Source: an uncultured Planctomycetota bacterium (GTDB taxonomy: Bacteria > Planctomycetota > Planctomycetia > Isosphaerales > Isosphaeraceae). From it: a DNA stretch of 64,000 bases. The DNA lies in assembly GCA_963845755.1 (NCBI GenBank), contig CAWJTV010000034.1, positions 128,001 to 192,000 on the forward strand. The letters run 5' to 3'. Position 1 is the stretch's first letter. Each line of letters starts with the position of its first letter. Shown piece by piece: positions 53,269 through 64,000 of this stretch. Below the pieces are notes generated by a model, which was not told the origin of the DNA, did not search any database, and saw nothing but the letters and a program-made list of their open reading frames with translations. Position numbers and translations under genes: made by a program.

Positions 53269-55221
53269 TCAACCTTCATCCTTCATCCTTCCCAAGACGT
53301 CCCCCTGCTCGATCCGCTGCAATTCGACCATATCTCGGTACGGGCCACTGGCGGACATCAGCTCGCCGTGGCTGCCAACCTCGACGATCGCTCCATCCTC
53401 GAGCACCAGGATGCGGTCGGCGTGCCGGATCGTGCTGAGTCGGTGGGCGATGACGAACGACGTCCGGCCCTGAAGGAGTTGGGCGAGGCTCTGCTGGATC
53501 AGCCGTTCGCTCTCGCTGTCGAGGTTGCTGGTGGCCTCGTCGAGGATGAAGATCCTCGGATCGGCCAGGATGGCGCGGGCGATGGCGAGCCGTTGCCGCT
53601 GGCCCCCGCTCAGCCGCACCCCGCGCTCGCCGATCAGAGAATCGTAGCCTTCGGGGAGCCGTTCGATGAACTCGGCGGCATTGGCCGCCAGGGCGGCCTG
53701 CACGATCCGACCCCGCGTCGCCCAGCGGTCGCCGTAGGCGATGTTCTCGGCGATCGTGCCATCAAAGAGGAACACGTCCTGCTCGACGATCCCCAGCAGC
53801 CGGCGGTAGCTCTCGACCGCGATCTCGCGCAGGTTGACCCCATCGAGCGCGATCGTGCCGCGGGTCGGGTCGTAGAATCGGGCGATCAGGTTGCAGAGCG
53901 TCGTCTTCCCCGACCCGCTCCGGCCGACCAGGGCGATCGTCTCGCCCGGCTCCACCTCCAGGTCGATCTCGCGGAGCACCGCTCGATTGGTGCCCGGGTA
54001 CACGAAGCCGACATCCCGGAGAGAAATCCGGCCGGCCACCGCGCCCTTGACCACCGGGCGGTTACCCGGGCAATCGTCCATCTCCCGGCGCTCGGATAAC
54101 AGGTCCAGCACCCGGTCGAAGCCGGCGAGGTTGTTCTGGAACTGCGTGACGCTGGTCGCCAGCACGGCCATCGGCTCCAGCAGCATGGCCAGGTAGACCA
54201 GGAACATCATCAGGTCGCCCATCGAGAGCCGGCCGTCGATCACCTGGAGGCCGCCGTAGAACAGCAGCGCCACCGAGGCCATCGGCAGGATGAACTCCCA
54301 CAGGAGTTCGATGAGGCGAGAGAGCCACCAGACGTAGAGCTCCAGGCGCGCCATGAAGTGGTTCTGGCCCATGAACCGGGCCGACTCGCTCCGCTGTCGC
54401 CCGAAGGCCCGCACCACCCGCATCCCGCCGAAGACCTCGGTCGTCTGGCTGTCGATCTCCTGGCGCTCCTTGCGGACGTCGCGGAACAGCGGGCGAATCC
54501 GGCGATTCCAGGTCAGATCGGAATAATACACGCCCGGCACGAGCAATAGCGCGCCGAGCAGGAGCCGCCAGTCCACCAACGCCATGACGATCAGTCCACC
54601 CACGAACTGGACGACCGCCGCCCAGGGATTGTACAGCATGCTGAAGATGAGCTCGCCCACCCCACCGGCATCTTCGCGCAACACGCTCGACGCCCCGCCA
54701 GACTTGAGCTGATACACGCGGTGGAGCGGCAGGCGCATGGCGTGCTCGTAGACTTTGCGCCGGACCGCGACCTGGACGCGTTTCGTCATCCGCGTGGCCT
54801 GCCATCGACTCGAGAGGCCCAGGAACTTGCCGAGCACCGACACGGCCATCACGATCGCGACCAGTGCGGCCAGCCGGATCCGCGGCGACGTGGGGATCGG
54901 TACGGGGCTCCACGCCTCGACCCAGTCCGGCACCGGATGCCCCAGCATGACGTAATCGATCGCCGCCTTCGTCGCCGCGGGGGGTACCAGCTTTAGCAGC
55001 GTCGCCAGCGAGAGGGCCGCGAGCGCCGTCGCGAGCGTGAGGCGATAACCGATCAACAGACGATACAACTCGCCGTACAATTGCCCCAATGAGCGGTGCT
55101 TCGTCGCTGGCTTCGCCGGATCGGGTTGCGGGAAGTCCGTCCGCTTCAAGCCGGAACGGAAGTTCCTCAGGTACTCGCGAAACCGGAGCCGGCTGGCAAT
55201 CCGTCGATGGATCGTTGGCAA
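53269..55221 (-). CDS. ABC transporter, fused permease/ATP-binding (MsbA-like exporter)
   Basis: TM domain, GRSGSGKT, LSGGQRQR, ILDEATS, IAHRL. Confidence 0.93.
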   Translation of the reverse strand: MPTIHRRIASRLRFREYLRNFRSGLKRTDFPQPDPAKPATKHRSLGQLYGELYRLLIGYRLTLATALAALSLATLLKLVPPAATKAAIDYVMLGHPVPDWVEAWSPVPIPTSPRIRLAALVAIVMAVSVLGKFLGLSSRWQATRMTKRVQVAVRRKVYEHAMRLPLHRVYQLKSGGASSVLREDAGGVGELIFSMLYNPWAAVVQFVGGLIVMALVDWRLLLGALLLVPGVYYSDLTWNRRIRPLFRDVRKERQEIDSQTTEVFGGMRVVRAFGRQRSESARFMGQNHFMARLELYVWWLSRLIELLWEFILPMASVALLFYGGLQVIDGRLSMGDLMMFLVYLAMLLEPMAVLATSVTQFQNNLAGFDRVLDLLSERREMDDCPGNRPVVKGAVAGRISLRDVGFVYPGTNRAVLREIDLEVEPGETIALVGRSGSGKTTLCNLIARFYDPTRGTIALDGVNLREIAVESYRRLLGIVEQDVFLFDGTIAENIAYGDRWATRGRIVQAALAANAAEFIERLPEGYDSLIGERGVRLSGGQRQRLAIARAILADPRIFILDEATSNLDSESERLIQQSLAQLLQGRTSFVIAHRLSTIRHADRILVLEDGAIVEVGSHGELMSASGPYRDMVELQRIEQGDVLGRMKDEG

Positions 55222-55249
55222 GGAGAATCCCCAAATCTTCCGGAAATCT

Positions 55250-55316
55250 GGTAGGGTGCCCCGTGAGCACCGGGCCGGCCGGGGACTGCGCCTCGATGCT
55301 GGCAGCGCACCCTACC
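55250..55316. repeat. Degenerate GTAG-type REP doublet
   Basis: GGTAGGGTGC ... GCACCCTACC inverted ends. Confidence 0.55.
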
Positions 55317-55383
55317 GACCGCCTTTGACGCTTCTCGAACCCCTCTTGAAATCGTCACCAGCTATCAGAGCCTGCATGACTCA

Positions 55384-55503
55384 GAGTCTGTCCCAGAAGG
55401 GGCTGGTCCGGGCGAGCGGGGGGCGTCAGCCCCCTGTCTTGGAGGTCCGTCGCTCACCGGACATGGGGCTGACGCCCCCCGCTCGCCCTTCTGGGACTGA
55501 CTC
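55384..55503. mobile_element. 120-bp MITE copy 2 (TCA target duplication)
   Basis: GAGTCTGTCCCAGAAGGG ... CCCTTCTGGGACTGACTC flanked by TCA at 55381-55383 and 55504-55506; inverted relative to copy 1. Confidence 0.8.
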
Positions 55504-55690
55504 TCAGTTGTCTGCACTCCCTCGGCATTGTAGCGGATCGGTCCATGCCTCGCCTCTCCGAGAATCGTTCGTGGCCCTGCACCGGCCTCAATGATCCCAC
55601 CCGGGAGGACGAGGTATTCCCCGAGCCTCGCCCTCGCCAGGAGCACAACGGCCTGGGTAAGGTGGAGCGGTATCCGAGGACCTGCAATCC

Positions 55691-58024
55691 ATGAAGCTGG
55701 GAATCGTCGTCCTTTTCAGTCTGACCTCGTTCCTCGCGGCGGTCTTGTTGTTCTCGGCAGAGCCGATGATCGGCAAGATGGTCCTGCCCCGCTTCGGGGG
55801 AACCCCCGCGGTCTGGAATTCGTGCCTGGTCTACTTCCAGGTCATGCTGCTGCTGGGGTATGCGCTGTCGGGCGATCTCCCGGCCGGCATGGGCATCGAA
55901 CGACGGCGAATCTCGATGCCGTTCCTGGCCGTGCTCGCCGTCCTGCTTTTCCTGGCCTACCTGATGCAGCCGCTCAGCCTGTCGGTCGGCGTCACGGTAC
56001 CGGCCGAGATCGAGAGGAGCCCAGCCGGCAGCCTGCTGGGAATCCTCTGGATCTCGACATCACTCCCGCTGTTGCTGGTCGCTTCAACGTCCCCACTGGT
56101 GCAACGCTGGTTCGCGGAGACCGGACATCCCCGGGCTCGCGATCCCTATTTCCTCTACGCGGCCAGCAATGCCGGCAGTCTGCTGGCGCTGCTCTGTTAC
56201 CCGTTCGCCATCGAGCCCCATTCGAGTCTCCCCGCGCAAGCTCGTGTCTGGCGCGCCGGCTTCGTGGTCCTCGGGCTCCTGATGATCGCCTGCGGAATCG
56301 CCGCGCGCCGGCTGAGCCGGACGCGCGGGGCCTCGACCGCATCCGGGGGCGATCGTCCCGACGCCGAAGACGGGGGAGTGGCCGCGAGGCCAACGATGCG
56401 GACCGTGCTTCACTGGCTCGTCCTGGTCTCCATCCCCTCGAGCTGGCTCATGGGGGTCACCACCTACCTGACCACCGATCTGGCGGCCATCCCGCTCCTC
56501 TGGGCCATCCCTCTCGCGCTCTATCTTCTGAGCTTCATCATCGCCTTCTCCGGCGGGTCAACGGCCCTCGTGCGGCTCGCCTCGCGGGCCCTGCCCGTTC
56601 TGGTCCTGCCGCTGGTCCTGGTGATGACCGCGGGATTCGTCCATGCTGTCTGGATACCGCTCCACTTGCTGACATTCTTGGCGGGCGCGACGGCGTGCCA
56701 TGGCGTGCTCGCAGGGCGGCGGCCGGCGGCTCGATACCTCTCGGTGTACTATGTGACCATGGCGGCGGGAGGATTGCTGGGCGGTGTTTTCAACGCGCTG
56801 ATCGCGCCCGTGATTTTCAGCCGGGTCGTCGAGTATCCGCTCGCGGTGATCCTGGGCTGCCTGGTGGCGTCGGGGCGAGAGGGCCGGCTCTGGCGAGGGA
56901 CTCGCAAGGAATGGTGGAACGATGCGCTCCTCCCCGCGACCGTCTTTCTGCTAACGGTGCTGTTGACGACGAATCGAATGGGCCTGGCGGACTCGACGTT
57001 CGGAGCCTTGGGGATCACGATCGCGGCCGGCCTGGGGATCTCGGCCTGCGTGACCGCTCGACGCCGGCCGATCCGATTCGCGGTGGTGGCCGGGGCCATC
57101 CTGCTGGCCGGGGGCCTGTCGCAAGGACCGAGCGGGCGGCTGCTTCACATCGAGCGAAGCTTCTTCGGCGTGGTGCGGGTGACCGAGGATCGGCAGCGGA
57201 GCGTCCACCGATTGTTCCACGGCAGCACGCTGCACGGCCAGCAGAATCTCGACCCCGCCCGGAGCCGAGATCCCTCGACGTATTACTCCAGTTCCGGCCC
57301 GATCGGCCAGCTCTTCGCCGCGATCGGGCCGATACGGGGCCGGCCGGGGACGCGAATCGCCGTCGTCGGCCTGGGGGCGGGCTCGCTCGCCGCCTACGCC
57401 AATTCCGCCGAGCGCTGGACGTTCTACGAGATCGACCCGGCCATCGAGCGGATCGCCCGCGATCCGCGCTATTTCACCTATCTGCGGGACTGCGACGCGA
57501 AGGCGCTCGACGTCGTCGTGGGCGACGCCCGGCTCCGACTCCGCGACGCGCCCGATCACGCCTATCAGATCATTGTCCTCGACGCGTTCAGCTCTGACGC
57601 ATTGCCGGTTCACCTGCTGACGCGCGAGGCGATCGTACTCTATCGCTCCAAGCTGGCTGATGAGGGCGTGCTGGCCGTCAACCTGTCAACGCGCTACGTC
57701 GACCTCGAGCCGGTGATCGGCCGGCAAGCGGAGGATGCCGGGTTGATCTGTCGGATCAACTACGATACGGAGCTCAGCCCCGAGGAACGGGACACCGGCA
57801 AGCAACCGTCAATCTGGGCGGTGCTGGCCGCGACAGACGGCGGCCTGGGAGCACTGACCACCGACACGCGATGGCGCCGCCCATTGCTCGGCCCGGACAC
57901 GCGAGTCTGGACCGACGACTATTCCGATCTTGCCCGCTATCTCCGCTGGATGCCGAGGCCGTTGGCAGGGCGGCGGGGCCAACTCAAATCCAGCACGGGC
58001 ATCGAGCCAGAATCCGCTCCCTGA
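55691..58024 (+). CDS. Fused membrane/spermidine synthase-like SAM-dependent protein
   Basis: Multi-TM N-terminus (PYFLYAASNAGS); VVGLGAGSLA, YEIDP, VGDAR, LDAFSSDA..HLLT.EA, WTDDYS. Confidence 0.88.
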   Translation: MKLGIVVLFSLTSFLAAVLLFSAEPMIGKMVLPRFGGTPAVWNSCLVYFQVMLLLGYALSGDLPAGMGIERRRISMPFLAVLAVLLFLAYLMQPLSLSVGVTVPAEIERSPAGSLLGILWISTSLPLLLVASTSPLVQRWFAETGHPRARDPYFLYAASNAGSLLALLCYPFAIEPHSSLPAQARVWRAGFVVLGLLMIACGIAARRLSRTRGASTASGGDRPDAEDGGVAARPTMRTVLHWLVLVSIPSSWLMGVTTYLTTDLAAIPLLWAIPLALYLLSFIIAFSGGSTALVRLASRALPVLVLPLVLVMTAGFVHAVWIPLHLLTFLAGATACHGVLAGRRPAARYLSVYYVTMAAGGLLGGVFNALIAPVIFSRVVEYPLAVILGCLVASGREGRLWRGTRKEWWNDALLPATVFLLTVLLTTNRMGLADSTFGALGITIAAGLGISACVTARRRPIRFAVVAGAILLAGGLSQGPSGRLLHIERSFFGVVRVTEDRQRSVHRLFHGSTLHGQQNLDPARSRDPSTYYSSSGPIGQLFAAIGPIRGRPGTRIAVVGLGAGSLAAYANSAERWTFYEIDPAIERIARDPRYFTYLRDCDAKALDVVVGDARLRLRDAPDHAYQIIVLDAFSSDALPVHLLTREAIVLYRSKLADEGVLAVNLSTRYVDLEPVIGRQAEDAGLICRINYDTELSPEERDTGKQPSIWAVLAATDGGLGALTTDTRWRRPLLGPDTRVWTDDYSDLARYLRWMPRPLAGRRGQLKSSTGIEPESAP

Positions 58025-58063
58025 GGGGCGGCCTGGCTCGACGCCACATGAGGGCGGTCACGG

Positions 58064-59733
58064 CTATTTCGGGAGTTGACTGCCGAACGTGGCCAACAGC
58101 TTGAGGGCCGGCACGTCAACCGCCAGGCGGAGGCGAATCGTGTCGCCCTCGCCCTTGAGGCCGAAATGGATGCGATCGCGCTTGGCGTTCGCTCCCTGTA
58201 ACACCTCGGCGGCCGCCCGGCGGAACGTCTCCTGATTCGTTTCGGCGAAAGCTCCGGCGTTTGCGACGTGCATCAGGATCGCGACGGGCTCATCCAGTTC
58301 GGAGGCAGCCGGGTTCGACAATGCCGCCATCGCCTTCCGGAGCGGTGGCAGTCCGTCCTCGCCGAAGGAGAACAGGATTGCATCCTCGCGAAAGGCGAAC
58401 AACAACGAGGCCTTGCCGAAATGCTTGGTCAGGTCCGCGTCTTTCTCGTCGAAGGGGCCGCTCATCTGATGGATCGCGGTCCCGTCTGCCGCCTTGGCGA
58501 CGTCGAATGTAACCTTGACCTTGTCGTCGGGCTTGATCGTGGTGGCGGCCTCGCGAACCAGCCGCTCGAACTCTCCACCCTTCTGGACCGTCATTCCGCC
58601 CAGCAGCGAGAACCGGGCGCACCCGGGCCCGCCGTCGAGGTCCCCTCGATCGTCATACCCAGATCGATCTCGGGCGCATTGAGGTTGGACCTCACGAGCT
58701 CGGTCATGCGCGAGGCGAGCTTCTTCTCCTGCTCGGTATCCAGCTTCGCCAAGCCGTCCTTCGCCGCCTGGTCGAAGGCCTCGAGCATCACGTCCCGGAA
58801 CTCCTTGGCGACCGGGAAGCTGGCCCAGGTTGCCATGACGGAATCCTTGCTCAGGCCCTGAAAGCGGCTCCGGCGACCGTTCAGGCCCCGTAGCGTCTTC
58901 GCCATCGCGGAGTTCGGCTTCCCACTCATGGTGAACTCGAGGGCGACCTCCGAGGTCTTGCGATTCACATCGAGATCGAGGGCGATCGCCTCTCCGTCTC
59001 GAATCAGGCTCTTGACGGCCTCGATGGCGAACTTCTGGCCGCTCAGGCGGGCCCGGTATTCGGCGTCTTTCTCGCCCGGCTTCCGCTCGTTCTGCTGGTC
59101 GGCCTGCGCTTCGATCTGGGCGAGCACTTGTTCCTTGAGGGCCTCGGGGATCTCCGAAAGCCGGATCTTCACGTTCAGCGCGGGTTCGGCCCGGTCCTTC
59201 GGCTTCCAGTCAGACGGATCGAGGGCCTTGAGCTGGTCGGCCCCGCCCGGTACGAGCGAGAACAGGGCGTATCCCTTGGATTCCAGGACGTAGACCGTGG
59301 GGTTCCCGCCGGGAGCCGTCACGCTGTGAGAGAACCCCACGATGCCGGCCTGATCGTCGACCGCCAATCCATGCTCCTTCAAGGAGGCCAGGAACTGGCC
59401 GAGGTCGGTGACCGGCACGGCGGCTACAATTGTGGGAGGGCTGCCTTGAGGAAAATCCTTGGGCAACGTGACGGCCACGCCGAATCCGCGACCCTGGTCC
59501 AGGCCCTTGATCAGCGCTCCTGACTTGAACTGGGCCAACCCATTGAGCACGGCCTGGGCCATCGGGTCGCCCTCGGGAGCCACCGTCTTGATCAGGTACT
59601 CGAGGTCGTCGCCCAGTTGGGTCAGCGACTTGGCCGTGATGACGATCGTTTGTCCCTGCGCCGTCCCGATCGAGCCCAGGAGACCGAACGTACTCACCAG
59701 GAAGACATGAAATCTCAGCTTTCGAAAGGTCAT
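58064..59733 (-). CDS. Secreted hypothetical protein; frameshift near 58620
   Basis: Signal peptide MTFRKLRFHVFLVSTFGLLGSIGTAQG; ORFs 58591..59817 and 58064..58594 join. Confidence 0.7.
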
Positions 59734-60003
59734 TCCGATCACCCCTGTTGTCCGCCGGGAAGGAAAGCCTGGGCTCGGAGTCCTGGGCCTTCGGATACCC
59801 GCGAGATCACACCGCAACCGCCGGATCGATCCGATTCGTCCGACGATGATGCCTTGATTGGACCATCGGCGGCACGTTTCTGGGCGAGGTCCCAGGGTCC
59901 GACGCGTGTCGCGGACCGGTCGGGCTCATCCCATGCGCCCCAAAGTACACTAGAACATCGGCCGTGCCGAAGGGATATCGTCCTCAGAGGCGGCCATAAA
60001 CGC

Positions 60004-60041
60004 AACGCCTCCCCGACCGAATCCGGCCCGGGAGGCGTTTT
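60004..60041. terminator. Probable intrinsic terminator hairpin
   Basis: AACGCCTCCC ... GGGAGGCGTT stem just downstream of the stop at 60066. Confidence 0.55.
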
Positions 60042-60065
60042 CTCACGACTCGGAAGGCATCGACC

Positions 60066-61548
60066 TCACGCGATCCGATCGGGCACCACGAACGGTTCGC
60101 GATAGGCACGAGTGAGGAGGTGATTGGCCTCGGAGTCGCCGACGAACGACTCGGTCGCGGCGTCGACGGTGAGCTTGCGGCCGAGGCGATACTTCAGGCC
60201 GTCGAGCGCGACCTTGTTCTCCTGGAGATGCTCTTCCATGCTGTGGAACGTCCGGAAGGCCTCCTTATCATCACCAAAGGCATGGGTTGACTTGCTGAAG
60301 GGGACCTCGTCGCCCAGCCGGTAGGAGATGTTGGCCAGGTGGCAGAGTGCCGCGGAGTAATGCCCTTCGAGGATGTCGGCATTGAGGTCCTCGGCCTTGC
60401 GGCTCTTCACCGCGGCGATGAAGTTGCCGAAGTGACCGCGACCCGGCCCGCGATGGGCCTCGACCTTCACCGCTTTCGCCAGGGGGATCGCCTCGCGTTT
60501 CCCCTTGGGATAAAACTTCCCTTCCGCGAGGGTTCCCGCCTCGAGGTGGGCGATGTTGCCGACCTTGGTGCCGTGGAATCCGCCCGTCGGCAATCCGCGG
60601 ACCTCGAAGATAAGTTGGGTGTCACCGAAGTCCATCACCGTGATCTGCGTGTTCGCCGTCTGCCCCTGATCGTGATAGCCGAACCGGCCGCCGAGGCTGA
60701 GCACGCTCTTGGGGAAGGTCGCGCCACCGGCGGATCGCGTGGGGATCATCCAGCGGGCGATGTCCATCTGGTGGACGCCCTGGTTGCCGATGTCGCCGTT
60801 GCCGAAGTCCCAGAACCAGTGCCAGTTGTAATGGACGAAGTTGGCGTTGTACGGCTGCTGGGGTGCCGGGCCGAGCCAGATGTCGAAATCCAGGTTCGCC
60901 GGCGGCATGGCGTTCGGCTTGACTCCGATGCTGCCGCGAGGCTTGTAGCAGAGGGCGCGGGAGACCAGTAACTTGCCGAGCTGGCCCGACTGGATCGCGG
61001 CGACCGCCTGGGCCCAGCGAAGATCGGAGCGGCTCTGGGTCCCGTGCTGGACGATCCGGTTATGCCGCCGCGCCGCCTCGACGGCGATCCGGCCCTCGTG
61101 GACGTTGTGGCTGCACGGCTTCTCGACGTAGACGTCCTTGTCGGCCTGGCAGGCCCAGATCGTCATCAAGGCATGCCAGTGGTTCGGCGTTGCGATCGAG
61201 ATCGCATCCACCGACTTGTCATCGAGCACCCTGCGGATGTCCTTCTCGGTCGCCGGTGGCGTGCCAGCATGCTTCGTGAGCTGGTCAACCTGCTTGAGCC
61301 GATCGGCGTAGGTCTTGGCGTCGGGATCGACCAGGTAGGCGATCTGCACGTCCGGCATGGGCGCAAACCCGCCAACGTGGGCACTTCCCCTGCCGTTGAG
61401 CCCGGCCACGGCGATCCGGACCGTCTCGTTGGCCCCCAGGACCCGGCCCGATGATTTGGTTCCGCCGATGGCAAAGCTCGCTCCCACCCCGGCGACAGCC
61501 AGGGAACGGCCCACGAACTGGCGGCGATTCAGGTCTGATGTTCGACAT
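60066..61548 (-). CDS. Tat-exported Gfo/Idh/MocA oxidoreductase
   Basis: LNRRQFV twin-Arg, GLNGRG, ATPNHWH, DVYVEKP, GNQGVHQMD; likely start ATG 61548 (GGAG RBS) with one extra base near 61542. Confidence 0.88.
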
Positions 61549-61753
61549 CGCTGCGGCTCCTCCCAGGTTCGGTTAGCCCCCATCAACCCTCACGAAGTCA
61601 AACGAAGGTTAAACAACCGCCCATTATGCAACATGAGCAGGTGGATTCCCAGGAGGCACCGACGCCAATCATTCTGCCGATGGAGATTCGGGGGCGAGTG
61701 CTGGAGGGGTGAGACGTGCGGCGCCCGAGATTAGAGACAGGTGCAGCCGCGTC

Positions 61754-62071
61754 CTACTTGGTGGCCCTTCCGAAGACCATACCCACGATGCCGGAAAGGA
61801 TGCCGGAGACGATCGGCCACACCTTCTGGGCATCCTCCGAGGTTGCTCCATGCCTGAGGAGAATGACAAAGCAATAGGTACCGATCGCACCGATGAAACT
61901 GAAGGCGACCAGGTAGGCCAGGAGGTCTTTGACCAGGAACGCGAGGAAATCCTTGCGGCGTCGGAGACGTTTATCCTCGGGATCTTCGGGACCCTTGAAT
62001 TCCAGTGTCTCGAGACACGCATCCCGGCGCAAGATCTCGCCCAGATCCTTCGGCGTTGGCTTGCTCGTCAT
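61754..62071 (-). CDS. Small two-TM membrane protein of unknown function
   Basis: Charged N-terminus, two hydrophobic helices, ends [23 protein letters not shown] overlap with the upstream gene. Confidence 0.7.
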   Translation of the reverse strand: MTSKPTPKDLGEILRRDACLETLEFKGPEDPEDKRLRRRKDFLAFLVKDLLAYLVAFSFIGAIGTYCFVILLRHGATSEDAQKVWPIVSGILSGIVGMVFGRATK

Positions 62072-62382
62072 AACCCGTTAACCTCATGCCCAATCCCGAC
62101 GAACTCTGTGTCCAACCTTTCTGCTTCATCCGTAACTCCGACATGCTTTCCCTCTCGCTTGTAGTTGACTGTCGCCTTGTAGAGGGCAATGGCCTTGGTG
62201 AAAACCTCGTCGAGGTTTTGTCGCGTGTCACGCATGAGTTGCTCTAGGACGGCATAGAACTCGGGCGTAACCTCAAAAGTGATCCGAGCCGCAAATGTCT
62301 CCCGTGACAAGCTGTTGGCGGCCTCCTTTCGGCGATCCTTGGCCTTGATGCCCGGCTCTTGAGATTCCAATGTTGTCGCCAT
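62068..62382 (-). CDS. Ribbon-helix-helix (CopG-like) DNA-binding protein
   Basis: [46 protein letters not shown] = beta strand plus two helices. Confidence 0.7.
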   Translation of the reverse strand: MATTLESQEPGIKAKDRRKEAANSLSRETFAARITFEVTPEFYAVLEQLMRDTRQNLDEVFTKAIALYKATVNYKREGKHVGVTDEAERLDTEFVGIGHEVNGL

Positions 62383-62485
62383 GATCGATACTCCTCCATT
62401 CGAATTGTACCCGATTCCCCTCCATCTCCAGTGTAGGACCAAGTGCCCGGGGCGTCCATGCCGGGCACTCGTTGCATCGAGTCGG

Positions 62486-64000
<1,515 letters not shown>

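Overview
GC-rich chromosomal window that looks like Planctomycetota, probably Isosphaeraceae-like (inferred from a DUF1559 prepilin-like gene, two PVC-type heme-c proteins, an ECF sigma-WD40 fusion, several Gfo/Idh/MocA enzymes and a sulfatase). It has about 47 CDS: metK, galK, a YgiQ radical SAM protein, many secreted hydrolases and oxidoreductases, transporters, and small TA-like modules. About 16 single-base frameshifts are spread over unrelated genes and most likely reflect long-read indel errors. I found no rRNA, tRNA or CRISPR array. Main observations: (1) a 120-bp MITE in two copies with GAG-terminal inverted repeats, TNA target duplications and an internal REP-like palindrome; (2) a coupled RHH-regulator + 2-TM membrane protein module of unknown function; (3) an MtoX homolog lacking the TTQ-forming Trp; (4) an RsmB-fold protein lacking both catalytic cysteines; (5) an islet with an IS1182 remnant, a displaced YgiQ-like fragment and a Tat-type enolase/amidohydrolase pair; (6) a hairpin-dense 1.3-kb intergenic region before the DUF1559 gene. 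All family calls come from motif recognition by eye; no database searches were run.
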